A DNA stretch of 64,000 nucleotides from Dehalococcoidia bacterium (GCA_965237475.1 OZ250140.1:1763549-1827548), one strand, 5' to 3'; counted from the first letter of the stretch, positions 27,676 to 37,232 are shown. A program made the numbers and translations. The notes: generated by a model not told the origin, from the sequence alone.

Positions 27676-28263
27676 TCAGGCGCGACGCCGGTAGATCCCC
27701 ATGACGACGCCGTTCGCCGTGGCGCCCGTCTTCACGAGCGTCAGATCCGCCGGGCGTGTACCCCGGCCGAACAGTCGTTTGCCATGGCCGAGCGTCACGG
27801 GGAACGTCCAGAGGCGGAACTCGTCGATCAGGTCATGTTCAAGCAGCGTCTGGATCAGCTGCCAGCTGCCGTGCACCTGCAGCAGCGGCCCGTCCTGAGC
27901 CTTGAGTTGGGCGATCCCGGCGGCGACATCGCCGCTGATCCGCGTTGTGTTCCGCCAGTTGAGCGGATGGGTCGCTGAGCTCGTGGCGACATATTTGCGC
28001 GCGGCGTTGAAGCGAGCCGCCATCGGATCGTCCGCGTGAACCGTGGGCCAGTGCGCGGCGAACACGTCGTAGGTCTTGCGACCGAAGAGCAGGTCATACG
28101 GCTGCGCCATCGCCTCGACGGCGACCTGCTGCATCACTGCTTCCCAATACGGGCCGGCCCAGCCGCCCTGCGTGAAGCCGTCCGACGGGTCTTCGTCGGG
28201 GCTGGTCGGGCCCTGCATGACGCCGTCCAGCGTGAGGAAGGTCAGGACGGCCAGTTCGCGCAC
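27676..28263 (-). CDS. dihydrofolate reductase family protein (RibD C-terminal / YwjB-like)
   Basis: 195 aa. LTLDGVMQGP...LLFGRKTYDVFAAHWP... Confidence 0.75.
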   Translation of the reverse strand: MRELAVLTFLTLDGVMQGPTSPDEDPSDGFTQGGWAGPYWEAVMQQVAVEAMAQPYDLLFGRKTYDVFAAHWPTVHADDPMAARFNAARKYVATSSATHPLNWRNTTRISGDVAAGIAQLKAQDGPLLQVHGSWQLIQTLLEHDLIDEFRLWTFPVTLGHGKRLFGRGTRPADLTLVKTGATANGVVMGIYRRRA

Positions 28264-28306
28264 TCGAGTCGCTCCCCGGTTGCGTCCGCCAGTGCTCGCG
28301 CTCGGC

Positions 28307-29407
28307 TCAGAGCTGACTGAGCTCGATCGGCGTGCTGGAGCGCGCCGACTCGTAGATGCCGAAGACGATCTTCATCGTCTCGATGTTGTCGCGGCCGCTG
28401 CTGATCGGCTCGCCGCCGTCCTCGCAGCAGCGCGCGAAGTGCTGAATCTCGTTGATGTAAGGGTTGGCGGTCGGGAGGTTGAGGTCGTCGGTGTCGATCG
28501 GCTGGAAACTCTCGGAGGGTCGGAAGCCGTCCTCGCCGTCCTGCGCGGCGCTGGCGATCACGGCCGGGGCGCGGTGCCACATCAGCGGTGAGTTGCTGTC
28601 GGGCGGCGGCGTCCAAGCCGTGCCCTGCTCGCCGATCAGCAGCAGCTGGAAGGCCCAGGGAGCGCGGCTGCTGAAGCTGGCGGTCAGCATCCCGACCGCG
28701 CCATTTTCAAACTCCAGCGTCGCCACCGCGCGATCCTCGGCGTTGTTGGTGAAGCTCGGGTTACCGGTCCAGATCCGCGCGTCGACCCGCGCGACCTCGC
28801 CGACGAAGTAGCGCATCAGGTCGAGGTGGTGCACGGAGAGCATGGTGATGACGCCGCCGCCGCCGCGCTTGCCGTCGAAGCCCCACCAGCCCGAGCGGGG
28901 CGCGATCGGCTGAGCGCCGTCGTCGAGCGCGGCGGTCAGGAAGGTGTCACAGCGCGCCGACCAGATTTGGCCCAACTCGCCGGCGTTGATGCGTCGGCGC
29001 AGGGCGACGTAGCTCGGCACATGGCGTAGGTGCTGGGCGACCATGAAGGTGACGCCGGCCTCCTCTGTCGCTTCGATGATCGCTCGGCACTCATCGAGCG
29101 AGATGGCCATCGGCTTTTCGAGCAGCACGTGCTTGCCGGCGCGGGCGGCGGCGATCGCCAGCGGCGCGTGCTGGTCGTGGATCGTGCAGATGTCCACGGC
29201 GTCGATATCGGACTGTTCGAGCATCTCGTCGGCGCTGGTGAAGACGGCATCGACGCCGGCCTCGTCGGCGAATTTGAGCGCCGCGTCCTCGCGGATATCG
29301 CAGACCGCCGTGAGCCGGAGATCGTCCGGCGCCAGCTGGTAGCCGGGCAGATGCTGCCGCGAAATCCCGCCTGTGCCGATCAGTCCGACCTTCAGTGGCT
29401 CAGCCAT
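28307..29407 (-). CDS. Gfo/Idh/MocA family oxidoreductase
   Basis: N-terminal Rossmann VGLIGTGGISRQH, ...HVLLEKPMA... and a C-terminal GFO_IDH_MocA domain. Confidence 0.8.
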   Translation of the reverse strand: MAEPLKVGLIGTGGISRQHLPGYQLAPDDLRLTAVCDIREDAALKFADEAGVDAVFTSADEMLEQSDIDAVDICTIHDQHAPLAIAAARAGKHVLLEKPMAISLDECRAIIEATEEAGVTFMVAQHLRHVPSYVALRRRINAGELGQIWSARCDTFLTAALDDGAQPIAPRSGWWGFDGKRGGGGVITMLSVHHLDLMRYFVGEVARVDARIWTGNPSFTNNAEDRAVATLEFENGAVGMLTASFSSRAPWAFQLLLIGEQGTAWTPPPDSNSPLMWHRAPAVIASAAQDGEDGFRPSESFQPIDTDDLNLPTANPYINEIQHFARCCEDGGEPISSGRDNIETMKIVFGIYESARSSTPIELSQL

Positions 29408-29507
29408 CGTCCCCGCCTTTCGCGCAGCGTCGCCCAGGATGCTCGCTGTGGGCGCGAGGATACCGATTGCGGCGTGGGATCGGGTGGCGCCGCCGTAGAC
29501 TGGCTCT

Positions 29508-29584
29508 GGGCCCTTAGCTCAGTTTGGCAGAGCAGCGGACTTTTAATCCGAAGGTCCTGGGTTCGAGCCCCAGAGGGCCCACCA
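29508..29584 (+). tRNA. tRNA-Lys (anticodon UUU)
   Basis: Cloverleaf by eye: acceptor GGGCCCT/AGGGCCC, D-arm GCTC...GAGC, anticodon loop cTTTTaa, T-arm CTGGG-TTCGAGC-CCCAG, discriminator A and an encoded CCA. Confidence 0.85.
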
Positions 29585-29657
29585 CTTCCGGCTTCTGGGG
29601 CGGAATTGCGAAGTGCTCCACAGGCCGCCACGGCAGACGGAGCTGGTTTCACCCTTG

Positions 29658-30956
29658 CTAGGCCCTGCCGCCCGGTAGCGTGGGAGTCCAAAGGCCTGGG
29701 TTCGAGCCAATCAAGTCTTGGACGACGTCGTCCGCATTGAGGCTGCCGGCTTGAACAAGAGCCCATTGCCTGTACAGGTCTGTGGTTTGAATAAAGACAG
29801 CTTCGACTGTCTCAGCTGCCTGTGCGACGTTGGAATCAGGCGATTGCCGAGACGACGGGTCCGTTCGCCGAAATGGGTTCCAAATCCACAGGGTCAGATC
29901 GGGCGGGTTGCCCTTCTCGGCGCTGTAGCGCACTCGGTATTCCCCAATTTGGCGGTTGTCGCTTGTTCTCGTTCCGTTGGTGTAGCCCTTTATCTCGGCG
30001 ATGGCTTCCCAGCCGGAGAGTCCTGCGATGGTAAGACGCAGGTCTTCGCGTTTCCGCTCATTCGGCTTGAGCCCAGCATCCATGTTCTCCACAATAAAAT
30101 CCAGGTCCTGAAGGATCTCGCACACGACGGCAACCAATTCGTCACCGTCTTCCCAGATCGCACGTCTGATCCCTCGATCGGCTCTATCACTCGCAGCCGC
30201 TAGGTCAGTCTCGAGTCGCTGCCGCTCGTCGTCCAGCTGCTCGATTTCACCCTCGATCCCGGCAATTCTCTCTGCCAGTGCGTTCTCCTCCGGTGCGTAC
30301 CAGTCGGATGGTTTGCTGAGGCGAGGCGGTGCCTGCGGGACTCTGACAGGGTCGCTCTCATGGACATCGGTCAGGAATGCCCTGAACCACTCTCCTAGGT
30401 TGCGCACTGCTGGGAGAATTAGGGCAATGTCATTGTCTTCTGGGATGGGCACCCTTCTCGACGCTCGTGGAACGCGAAGGAGCAGTGCCACTGGGCGGCG
30501 TGACGTCGTTTCCACTAGAGCAATCGAGTCGCCTTTGCGCCCTCCCCGAGCGGTGATGACCGGAGGTGCCGTTGGTGCGCTGCTGAGAATTCGATTCAAC
30601 TCCGCAGCAAGAGTCATATACGCGTCCGGGCAGTTGGCGGCGACGGTCATCTCCCTCTCAGTATTGCGGGTATGCATGTGTGCGAGCTCGCGATATTGAG
30701 GAGGGGCGGCGTTCAGGCTTAGAACATCCCTGCCAAAACTCATGGGCCCGATCGTCAAGAGATGAACTCCCGCATCGATTCGATTGTGATCGAACGCTGT
30801 AGCAACAGCCACATCTGTTTCAGACCAGCTGTGGGTCTGGAGGTAATCCCCTAGCGAGGCCGCTGTCCTCAGATCCCCGCACAGCGGACGTATTGCGTCG
30901 ACTTGGGAGTCATTCAGCCCGATGGCCGCGACCCTGGGCCGCCTGATCTTCGTCAT
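29658..30956 (-). CDS. hypothetical protein of the tRNA-Lys islet (N-domain, coiled coil, C-terminal PD-(D/E)xK-like motif)
   Basis: 432 aa from the ATG at 30956 (GGAG RBS); the ORF track begins at a TTG at 31013. Low GC (~55%) against a ~68% background. Central heptad-rich segment EENALAERIAGIEGEIEQLDDERQRLETDL. C-terminal LQDLDF...GWEAIAEIKGY is D...ExK-like. Confidence 0.5.
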   Translation of the reverse strand: MTKIRRPRVAAIGLNDSQVDAIRPLCGDLRTAASLGDYLQTHSWSETDVAVATAFDHNRIDAGVHLLTIGPMSFGRDVLSLNAAPPQYRELAHMHTRNTEREMTVAANCPDAYMTLAAELNRILSSAPTAPPVITARGGRKGDSIALVETTSRRPVALLLRVPRASRRVPIPEDNDIALILPAVRNLGEWFRAFLTDVHESDPVRVPQAPPRLSKPSDWYAPEENALAERIAGIEGEIEQLDDERQRLETDLAAASDRADRGIRRAIWEDGDELVAVVCEILQDLDFIVENMDAGLKPNERKREDLRLTIAGLSGWEAIAEIKGYTNGTRTSDNRQIGEYRVRYSAEKGNPPDLTLWIWNPFRRTDPSSRQSPDSNVAQAAETVEAVFIQTTDLYRQWALVQAGSLNADDVVQDLIGSNPGLWTPTLPGGRA

Positions 30957-31217
30957 GCGCTTACTCCGGGCGTTTCGCGCGCCAAGTTGCTCTACGGCGT
31001 GGATTGCCCACAAGGAATTCTACGCGAAGTATCGGTCTGTCCTCGCTCGTTCGCGAGATTATCTCCAGTTCCAACGCCTGGTCGGCAGTCAGCTCCGCGG
31101 AGTCGCGCGCTCGGCCGTTCTCGATGCTCACGAGGCATCGGCGGTGCGGACGGTAAGTGTGTGCGGTGGGGCGGCGGTCGTCGGGCGGGAACGCGCGATC
31201 GGGGGTGGTGGCTAGGC

Positions 31218-31227
31218 GGGGGGGGGG
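31218..31227. repeat. G10 homopolymer inside a G-rich tract, 7 nt past the crp/fnr stop
   Basis: ggcgGGGGGGGGGGttggg, with gggggtggtgg just upstream (31201-31211). Confidence 0.7.
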
Positions 31228-31233
31228 TTGGGA

Positions 31234-32019
31234 TTAGCACTGGAAGCCGCCGGGGTGTAGGAGCTGGGCCGTTTCATCCCACTCGGCGGTGATCTCGTCG
31301 GGCGTTTGCAGGCACTCGCAGGCGAGGTGGGCGATCGAATCGGGTTGCAGAATCCGAATCGATCCGCGGCCCACGGAGGCGATCAGGCCCTCTCGGGCCA
31401 GCGGCGCCAGCGCGCTGCTGACGGCGGGCCGGGTCGCCCCGACCACCTCGGCGAGCTCCTCGTGGGTGATCGGGATGATGTCGCCGTCGGCCTCACCGTG
31501 GACGATTTCGAGCCAGGCACAGCAGCGCATGCCGAGCGGATGGAAGCGGGCGCAGAGCGCGTTGCTTGCCGCGAGCCGGAACTTGCGGGCGTGCGCCCTC
31601 GCGAGCGCCATCTGGAGCGTCGGCGAGGCCGCCGCGACGGAGCGCACGACGGCAGCCGGGACGGCGATCGCCTGACCGGCCAGGCGGACCTTGTAGAACA
31701 GGAAGAAGGGCATCCCGTGGACCGCGCGCATGCCGCCGACCGCGCCCTGCGAGCCGACGAAGACGGGCTGGATGCAGTCGCCATCGGGAGTTTCGAGGGT
31801 GCCGCCGAGGATGCCGCTGACGGGGAAGAGCACGCGATCGGTGGTGGCCCAGTAGTCGAACCGGTCGCCGCGCTTGAGCGGAACGATCTCAGCGTCGTCG
31901 AGCAGCTCTGCGAGTGCGCGCGCCGGGACCTGCGCGAGGATCGCGTTGGCGAGCGCAGCGGTTTCGTCAACGCCGCGAAGGCCGGTGGCCTGATCGTTCT
32001 GAGGAATCCGGATGGCCAT
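31234..32019 (-). CDS. Crp/Fnr family transcriptional regulator
   Basis: N-terminal cNMP-binding beta-roll and a C-terminal HTH (EELAEVVGATRPAVSSALAPLAREGLI). Confidence 0.8.
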   Translation of the reverse strand: MAIRIPQNDQATGLRGVDETAALANAILAQVPARALAELLDDAEIVPLKRGDRFDYWATTDRVLFPVSGILGGTLETPDGDCIQPVFVGSQGAVGGMRAVHGMPFFLFYKVRLAGQAIAVPAAVVRSVAAASPTLQMALARAHARKFRLAASNALCARFHPLGMRCCAWLEIVHGEADGDIIPITHEELAEVVGATRPAVSSALAPLAREGLIASVGRGSIRILQPDSIAHLACECLQTPDEITAEWDETAQLLHPGGFQC

Positions 32020-32225
32020 CGCAATCCTGCCGTTCTCCGAGTCCGCACGCCTCCACGCCAGAGCATGGTACCGCTATCCTGTGCGCGTGTGGCGCACATC
32101 TGGATCAGGACGCGACTCTCCGTGAGAGTTGAGAGTTCCCGCTCTTGAGATGTGGCGTCGCAACTCCTAGATTCTACAGTCGCGCGGGGCGGCCTTGCCC
32201 GCCCATCGATTAGAGACGAGACCGC

Positions 32226-32984
32226 ATGGCAGACGGCACGCCGATTCTGGAGATTCGCGACCTCCGCAAATTCTTCGGTGGCGTTCACGCGCTTGATGGT
32301 GTGGACATGGAGGTCTACGACGGTGAGATCCTCGGGATCATCGGGCCGAACGGCTCCGGCAAGACGACACTGTTCAACGTGATCGCCGGCGTGCATCGCC
32401 CGACCGGCGGCTCGGTCAGGTGGTTGGGCGAGGACATCACCGGCAAGGCCGCCCAATCGATGGCCGGGCGGGGGATCGTTCGGACGTTCCAGCAGGCGAT
32501 GGCGTTCGAGGATCTGACGGTCCGAGACAACATTGGAATCGCCTGCGAGCATCGCCCCAAGACGGCCCGCGACCAGGAGGCCTATCGCGACCTGAGCCAC
32601 GCCGAAGAGATCATCGAGTTCGTGGGGCTGACGCAGTTTACCGACGAGAAGGCGGTTAACCTGGGTTTCGGCAACCTCCGCCGGCTTGGCGTGGGGATCG
32701 CGATTGGCGCGCACCCGCGGCTGCTGATGGCCGACGAGCCGGCAGCCGGGCTCAACGACAATGAGACGGCCGACCTGAGCGTGTTGCTGGAATCGATCTG
32801 CGAACGCGGCATCACCCTCGCAGTGATCGATCACGACATGAACATGATGATGAACATCTGTGAGCGGCTGGTCGTGCTCGATTTCGGGCAGAAGATCGCC
32901 GAAGGCACGCCCGACGACGTGCGCAACGACCCCAAGGTGCTGGAAGTGTATTTGGGAGAAGAAGTTGACACTGCTACAGATTAG
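32226..32984 (+). CDS. livG: branched-chain amino-acid ABC transporter ATP-binding protein (LivG-like)
   Basis: Walker [15 protein letters not shown]-like signature and Walker [12 protein letters not shown]. Confidence 0.85.
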   Translation: MADGTPILEIRDLRKFFGGVHALDGVDMEVYDGEILGIIGPNGSGKTTLFNVIAGVHRPTGGSVRWLGEDITGKAAQSMAGRGIVRTFQQAMAFEDLTVRDNIGIACEHRPKTARDQEAYRDLSHAEEIIEFVGLTQFTDEKAVNLGFGNLRRLGVGIAIGAHPRLLMADEPAAGLNDNETADLSVLLESICERGITLAVIDHDMNMMMNICERLVVLDFGQKIAEGTPDDVRNDPKVLEVYLGEEVDTATD

Positions 32985-33690
32985 CGGTCTGCACACCGCC
33001 TACGGCCGCACGCGTGTCCATCGGGGCATCGAACTCCATCTCGAAGAAGGCGAGATCGTCGTGATTCTCGGCCCCAACGGGGCGGGCAAGTCGACGCTGC
33101 TGAGCGCCATCGCCGGCCTGATCAAGCCGACCGACGGAAGCATTGAGTACCAGGGGCGAGACATCGCCGGCTGGTCGGCCGACCGCGCCGCGTCAGTGGG
33201 CATCAACCTGGTGCCCGAAGGGCGACGCATCTTCAGCGGCATGACCGTGCGCGACAACCTCGATCTGGGCGCCTACGTGCAGACAGACCGCGCGACGATC
33301 GCGCAGGACTTCGACCGGGTGCTGGAGTATTTCCCAATCCTGCGCGACCGGCTCGATGCGCAGGGCAGCGACCTCAGTGGCGGCCAGCAACAGATGCTCG
33401 CGATCGCACGCGGGCTGATGGCTCGGCCCACGCTGATCCTGCTCGATGAGCCGTCGCTCGGCCTGTCGCCCGTGCTGGTCCGCGACCTCGAAGCGATCAT
33501 TCTGGGACTGCGCGAACAGTTCGGCGCGTCGGTGTTGCTCGTCGAGCAGAACGCGAGCCTCGCGCTGGCGGTGGCCAAGCGCGGCTACCTGATGCAGACA
33601 GGCACGATCGCCGCCGAGGGCCTGCTCGCGGAGATGCGTGACACGGGTGTGATGCGCGAGTTGTATCTGGGCGCCGACTCGAACAACTAG
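32965..33690 (+). CDS. livF: branched-chain amino-acid ABC transporter ATP-binding protein (LivF-like)
   Basis: GPNGAGKSTLL, LSGGQQQMLAIARGL, LILLDEPSLGLSP. Start assigned to the TTG at 32965 ([14 protein letters not shown]), overlapping the livG stop. The exact start is uncertain. Confidence 0.75.
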   Translation: MTLLQISGLHTAYGRTRVHRGIELHLEEGEIVVILGPNGAGKSTLLSAIAGLIKPTDGSIEYQGRDIAGWSADRAASVGINLVPEGRRIFSGMTVRDNLDLGAYVQTDRATIAQDFDRVLEYFPILRDRLDAQGSDLSGGQQQMLAIARGLMARPTLILLDEPSLGLSPVLVRDLEAIILGLREQFGASVLLVEQNASLALAVAKRGYLMQTGTIAAEGLLAEMRDTGVMRELYLGADSNN

Positions 33691-33808
33691 CTCCGGCCGC
33701 CAGCCCTGGCAATCAGGCCCGGCGGCCAGCTCGAACGACGACGCGAGCGGGCGCTGGCCGCGCCGACCCGTGTGCGGCGCGCGCTTCGTCTCTAGTCGTC
33801 GGGCGGGT

Positions 33809-34369
33809 CTAGGCGAGCGACTCGGCGCCGGCTTTGGCCACTGCCGTGTCTTGCTGATACGCGCCGCCGCTGACGCCGACCGCGCCGATCACCTCGCCGT
33901 CGCTGACCAGTGGGTATCCCCCGCCGATCATCATGAATCGCGGGACCGCGGTGATGCCGTGCAGCAACGGCGGATCGTCCTTGATCGCGTCGTACCAGAG
34001 GTCGGTCGGCAAGCCGAATCCAACCGCCGTATATGCCTTGTCGGTCGCGACGCCAATGCTGGCCAGCGGCGCGCCATCCATGCGCAGCAGCGCCTTTTGG
34101 TTGCCGGCGTCGTCGAGGATGGAGATCGACATCACCACGCCCAGCTCGCGGGCCTTGGCTTCGGCGGCGGCGATCACGTGTTGGGCGCCCTCCGCGCTGA
34201 TTGTCTGCTTCGATACGGTTGCGGCCACGCCACGCTCCTGTTCCGCTGCTGCTGCTGTTGCTTGAGGCCCGCGCTGGACGGTTGTCGCCAGGCGCGCCAA
34301 GCGTAGCGGACGGGTCGGCGCGCGCTTCTGATCACGGAGGCAGGCCGCGAGCGCGGAGCGCCGCGTCAC
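33809..34369 (-). CDS. GlcG/HbpS-like (DUF336) heme-binding protein
   Basis: ...ISAEGAQHVIAAAEAKARELGVVMSISILDDAGNQ...GGGYPL...GAVGVSGG. The true start is probably internal (~34231), since the N-terminal ~45 aa of the ORF are low-complexity. Confidence 0.65.
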   Translation of the reverse strand: MTRRSALAACLRDQKRAPTRPLRLARLATTVQRGPQATAAAAEQERGVAATVSKQTISAEGAQHVIAAAEAKARELGVVMSISILDDAGNQKALLRMDGAPLASIGVATDKAYTAVGFGLPTDLWYDAIKDDPPLLHGITAVPRFMMIGGGYPLVSDGEVIGAVGVSGGAYQQDTAVAKAGAESLA

Positions 34370-34414
34370 GGAGCCCGTTGAGCGTCGTGGAGGGGCGGCG
34401 AGCCGAGCTGCCCG

Positions 34415-35290
34415 CTAAGCGGGCGAGCCGCGCAGCAGGCCCTGTGGCCGAACGAGCAGGATCAGGATCATCAGGCCGAACGCGTAGGCGTTGGTCCAGG
34501 CCGGCGCGAAGTAGCCCTGGCTCATCGACTCCAGCAGGCCGAGGAAGAGCGCGGCCAGCACCGCGCCGGTGACGTTGCCGAGGCCGCCGATGATCGCCAC
34601 GGCGAAGCCCTTAATCACGAAGTGGGCCCCCACGAAGGGAGAGACGGGGAAGAACGAGATCAGGAGGGCGCCGCCAAGCCCGGCGATTGCGCTGCCAACC
34701 ACGAAGATTCCCGTGACGTAGAGCCTGACGGGGATGCCCATCAGCGCGGCTGTGTCGCGGTCGGCGGCGATCGCCCGCAGGGCGCGCCCCCAGCGAGTGC
34801 GCTGGATCACGTAGAAGGTCAACCCGAACAGCACGAGCGTGGAGCCGATTATGAACACACGGGTGGCGAGCACCCGGACATCGCCCACATCCCAGACGGT
34901 GTTGAGCGGCCGCGGGATGTCGACCGCATCGGAGTTCCAGATGCCCGCAACGACGTGTTGCAGGATGAAGATCAGCCCGATCGAGACAATGAATCCGTTG
35001 ATTGGCTCCTGCAATGTGAAGCGGAAGAGGCCGCGCTCAAGGACGAACCCCAGCCCGCCCACGAACGTGATCGCGAGCACCAGGCCGAGCAGGTACCAGT
35101 GGAAGCCGCCGCCCAGACCCAGCTCAACGATCACGAACCAGACGACATAGCCGCCGATCATCAGCATCTCGCCCTGAGCGAAGTTGACGATGCCGGTCAG
35201 GCCGAAGATCAGGGTGATACCGATCGCGATCAAGGCGATCACACTGGCGATCGATAGGCCCAGCACCACCTGCTGGAGGAAGAGCTCCAT
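34415..35290 (-). CDS. livH: branched-chain amino-acid ABC transporter permease (LivH-like)
   Basis: 291 aa, 8-9 TM helices, starting MELFLQQVVLGLSIASVIALIAIGITLIFGLTGIVNFAQGE. Confidence 0.85.
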   Translation of the reverse strand: MELFLQQVVLGLSIASVIALIAIGITLIFGLTGIVNFAQGEMLMIGGYVVWFVIVELGLGGGFHWYLLGLVLAITFVGGLGFVLERGLFRFTLQEPINGFIVSIGLIFILQHVVAGIWNSDAVDIPRPLNTVWDVGDVRVLATRVFIIGSTLVLFGLTFYVIQRTRWGRALRAIAADRDTAALMGIPVRLYVTGIFVVGSAIAGLGGALLISFFPVSPFVGAHFVIKGFAVAIIGGLGNVTGAVLAALFLGLLESMSQGYFAPAWTNAYAFGLMILILLVRPQGLLRGSPA

Positions 35291-35606
35291 CTGCTCGCCG
35301 TTCCCCGGTTCGGCCGATCACGAGTCAGCCGCGAGCTCACCGCGTCGTTGCGGCCGGCGCGCAGGGGCACGCACGGACGATGGGGCAGAACGTAGCACAA
35401 CGTGTCAAGCAGCGCGACGCGCGCTGAGCGAGCGCTGGAACCCCGCCGTCCGGCCCCGCGAGCGGTCGTGGGGGGGCGTGCACGGCGGAAACCTGCTGCT
35501 TCGTCTTGCCGCTTACTGACGCCCCGCCTCGCAGATCGGTATCACGTCGATATGCTACCCGCCCAGGGCGGCGCGCTGCTGAGTTCCGCGGGTTGGAGCT
35601 GCGGCG

Positions 35607-36998
35607 ATGAATGAGAAGGAGCGAGAGTCCAGCATGACGAATCAACGATGGAGAATGTTGCCGAATGGGCGGGCCCTGCTTGTCCTGCTGAGCCTCGCTC
35701 TGATGTCGGCGCTGGTCTTCGCCGCCTGTGGCGGCGATGACGACGAGCAACAGCAGGCGGCGCCGGCCGCAGCGGCGGCCGAGCCGCAGGAGCAGCAGGC
35801 CGAGGCTGAGGTAGAGGTCGTCTGGATCGACATCGGCGTGGTGGCGCCGAGTTCCGGCAGCTACGAGGTCTTCGGTCACACCTACGAGGCCTCCGGCAAG
35901 TTCGTGGAGCACGAGATCAACACCGGCGCCCAGTACTGCATCGACCAGGGCGTCTGTGAGCCCGGCGGTGGGTTCCTGATCGACGGCAAGCTGCACAAGC
36001 TGCGGATTCACTTCCGCGACGACCGCAGCGACATCAACGCCCACGTGGCGCTGGTTCAGGAGCTGGTCCGCGATGTCGGCATCGTGGCCTGCATGTGCGG
36101 CACGCCGCATGACTTCGCGATCGCGAGCTCGAAGGTGACGCAGCCCGCCAAGGTGCTGCACTTCTCCGGTTCGAGCACGCTGGAAGAGATTCTGACCGCT
36201 GAGGCCACCGCGCCCGGCGGCGAGAACCGCTACCTGTTCCAGACCGAGACGCGCGAATGGCAGCGCAGCGGCAGCGTCATGAAGGGCGCGATTGACCTGA
36301 TCGCTCCGGACTCTGAAGTCTCGGTGATCATGATGCTCAACGACGCCACCGGGCAGTTCCTTGGCCCGTACTTCAAGCGCGCCCTGGAGGCCAACGGTCA
36401 GACGGTTCCGGACATCATCTACTGGGACCCTGAGACGACCGACTTCTCGCCGTTGTTCTCGCGCGCCAAGGCGCAGGAGCCGGACATCATTCTGTTCCTC
36501 TACGACCCGGACCGCGCCATCCAGGCGATCCCGCAGGCGCTCGAGATCGACGCCGCCAAGGCCGGGTACTTCATGTTCGGGATCGACCCGGGCGAGTTCG
36601 CGAAGCGCGACTTCCAGTCGGACCTGCCAATCGGGATGGCCTGCGTGCCGCTCTGCTGGGGCGCGACCGACCGCCCAGAGGCACGGGACTACTGGGTCCG
36701 CTACGCGGCGTTCGGCAACGAGCTGCGCTTGTTCTCGTCGGTCAGCCTGCTGACCTATGACGACTACTACATGCTGATCAAGGCCTACCAGGCCGCCGGC
36801 ACGTTTGAGGATCCCGATGCGGTCGTGAACGCATTGCTCGATGTTGTCCACGACGGCGTGATCGCCGACGGGTTCTACTTCGACGACCGGCACATCGTGG
36901 CGCACGGGACCGAGGTCTGTGTTTCGGACCAGGGCGAGTTCCGTTGCCAGTTCACGCCGCCGCCGGACGAGGCGCCACCCGGCACGCCGGGATTCTGA
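35607..36998 (+). CDS. ABC transporter substrate-binding lipoprotein (LivK / type I PBP family)
   Basis: Signal peptide with lipobox LVFAAC|GG, followed by an acidic Q/A-rich tether and then a PBP1 fold. Alternative starts at 35634 and 35655. Confidence 0.8.
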   Translation: MNEKERESSMTNQRWRMLPNGRALLVLLSLALMSALVFAACGGDDDEQQQAAPAAAAAEPQEQQAEAEVEVVWIDIGVVAPSSGSYEVFGHTYEASGKFVEHEINTGAQYCIDQGVCEPGGGFLIDGKLHKLRIHFRDDRSDINAHVALVQELVRDVGIVACMCGTPHDFAIASSKVTQPAKVLHFSGSSTLEEILTAEATAPGGENRYLFQTETREWQRSGSVMKGAIDLIAPDSEVSVIMMLNDATGQFLGPYFKRALEANGQTVPDIIYWDPETTDFSPLFSRAKAQEPDIILFLYDPDRAIQAIPQALEIDAAKAGYFMFGIDPGEFAKRDFQSDLPIGMACVPLCWGATDRPEARDYWVRYAAFGNELRLFSSVSLLTYDDYYMLIKAYQAAGTFEDPDAVVNALLDVVHDGVIADGFYFDDRHIVAHGTEVCVSDQGEFRCQFTPPPDEAPPGTPGF

Positions 36999-37232
36999 TC
37001 GGCGTCGCGGCATAGGCCGCGTTTGAGACTCAGAACGGTCGCCGCCGCTACTCGCAGCGGCGACCGTCACCGCACTGCAGCGCTGTCGGGCGCGGCGCGC
37101 CCGACAGCGCTGCGCGCCCGTTGTCAGGCGCCCCACCGGGTTGACTGCGCGAGCTGAGCCCGGGCGAACGCGACGGGCAGAGGTCATCCGTGTATCTTCC
37201 GTGCGCGATGGAAGCTCGCATAGGACAACGCC

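Noticed and set aside
29640-29710. Possible second tRNA gene downstream of tRNA-Lys
   Set aside because: Only ~22 nt (anticodon-stem 3' side through the T-loop) match. No acceptor stem or complementary T-stem 3' side is present, so it is a tRNA-derived fragment or att remnant, not a gene.
29585-31233. Complete integrative element (integrase + att sites) at tRNA-Lys
   Set aside because: No tyrosine or serine recombinase signature in any frame of the islet. Only one plausible gene is present, so it is described as a decayed or minimal islet rather than an intact mobile element.
30992-31240. 82-aa Pro-rich ORF between the islet gene and crp
   Set aside because: Proline/arginine-rich reading through the G-rich tract. 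No start context, and it overlaps the crp terminator region.
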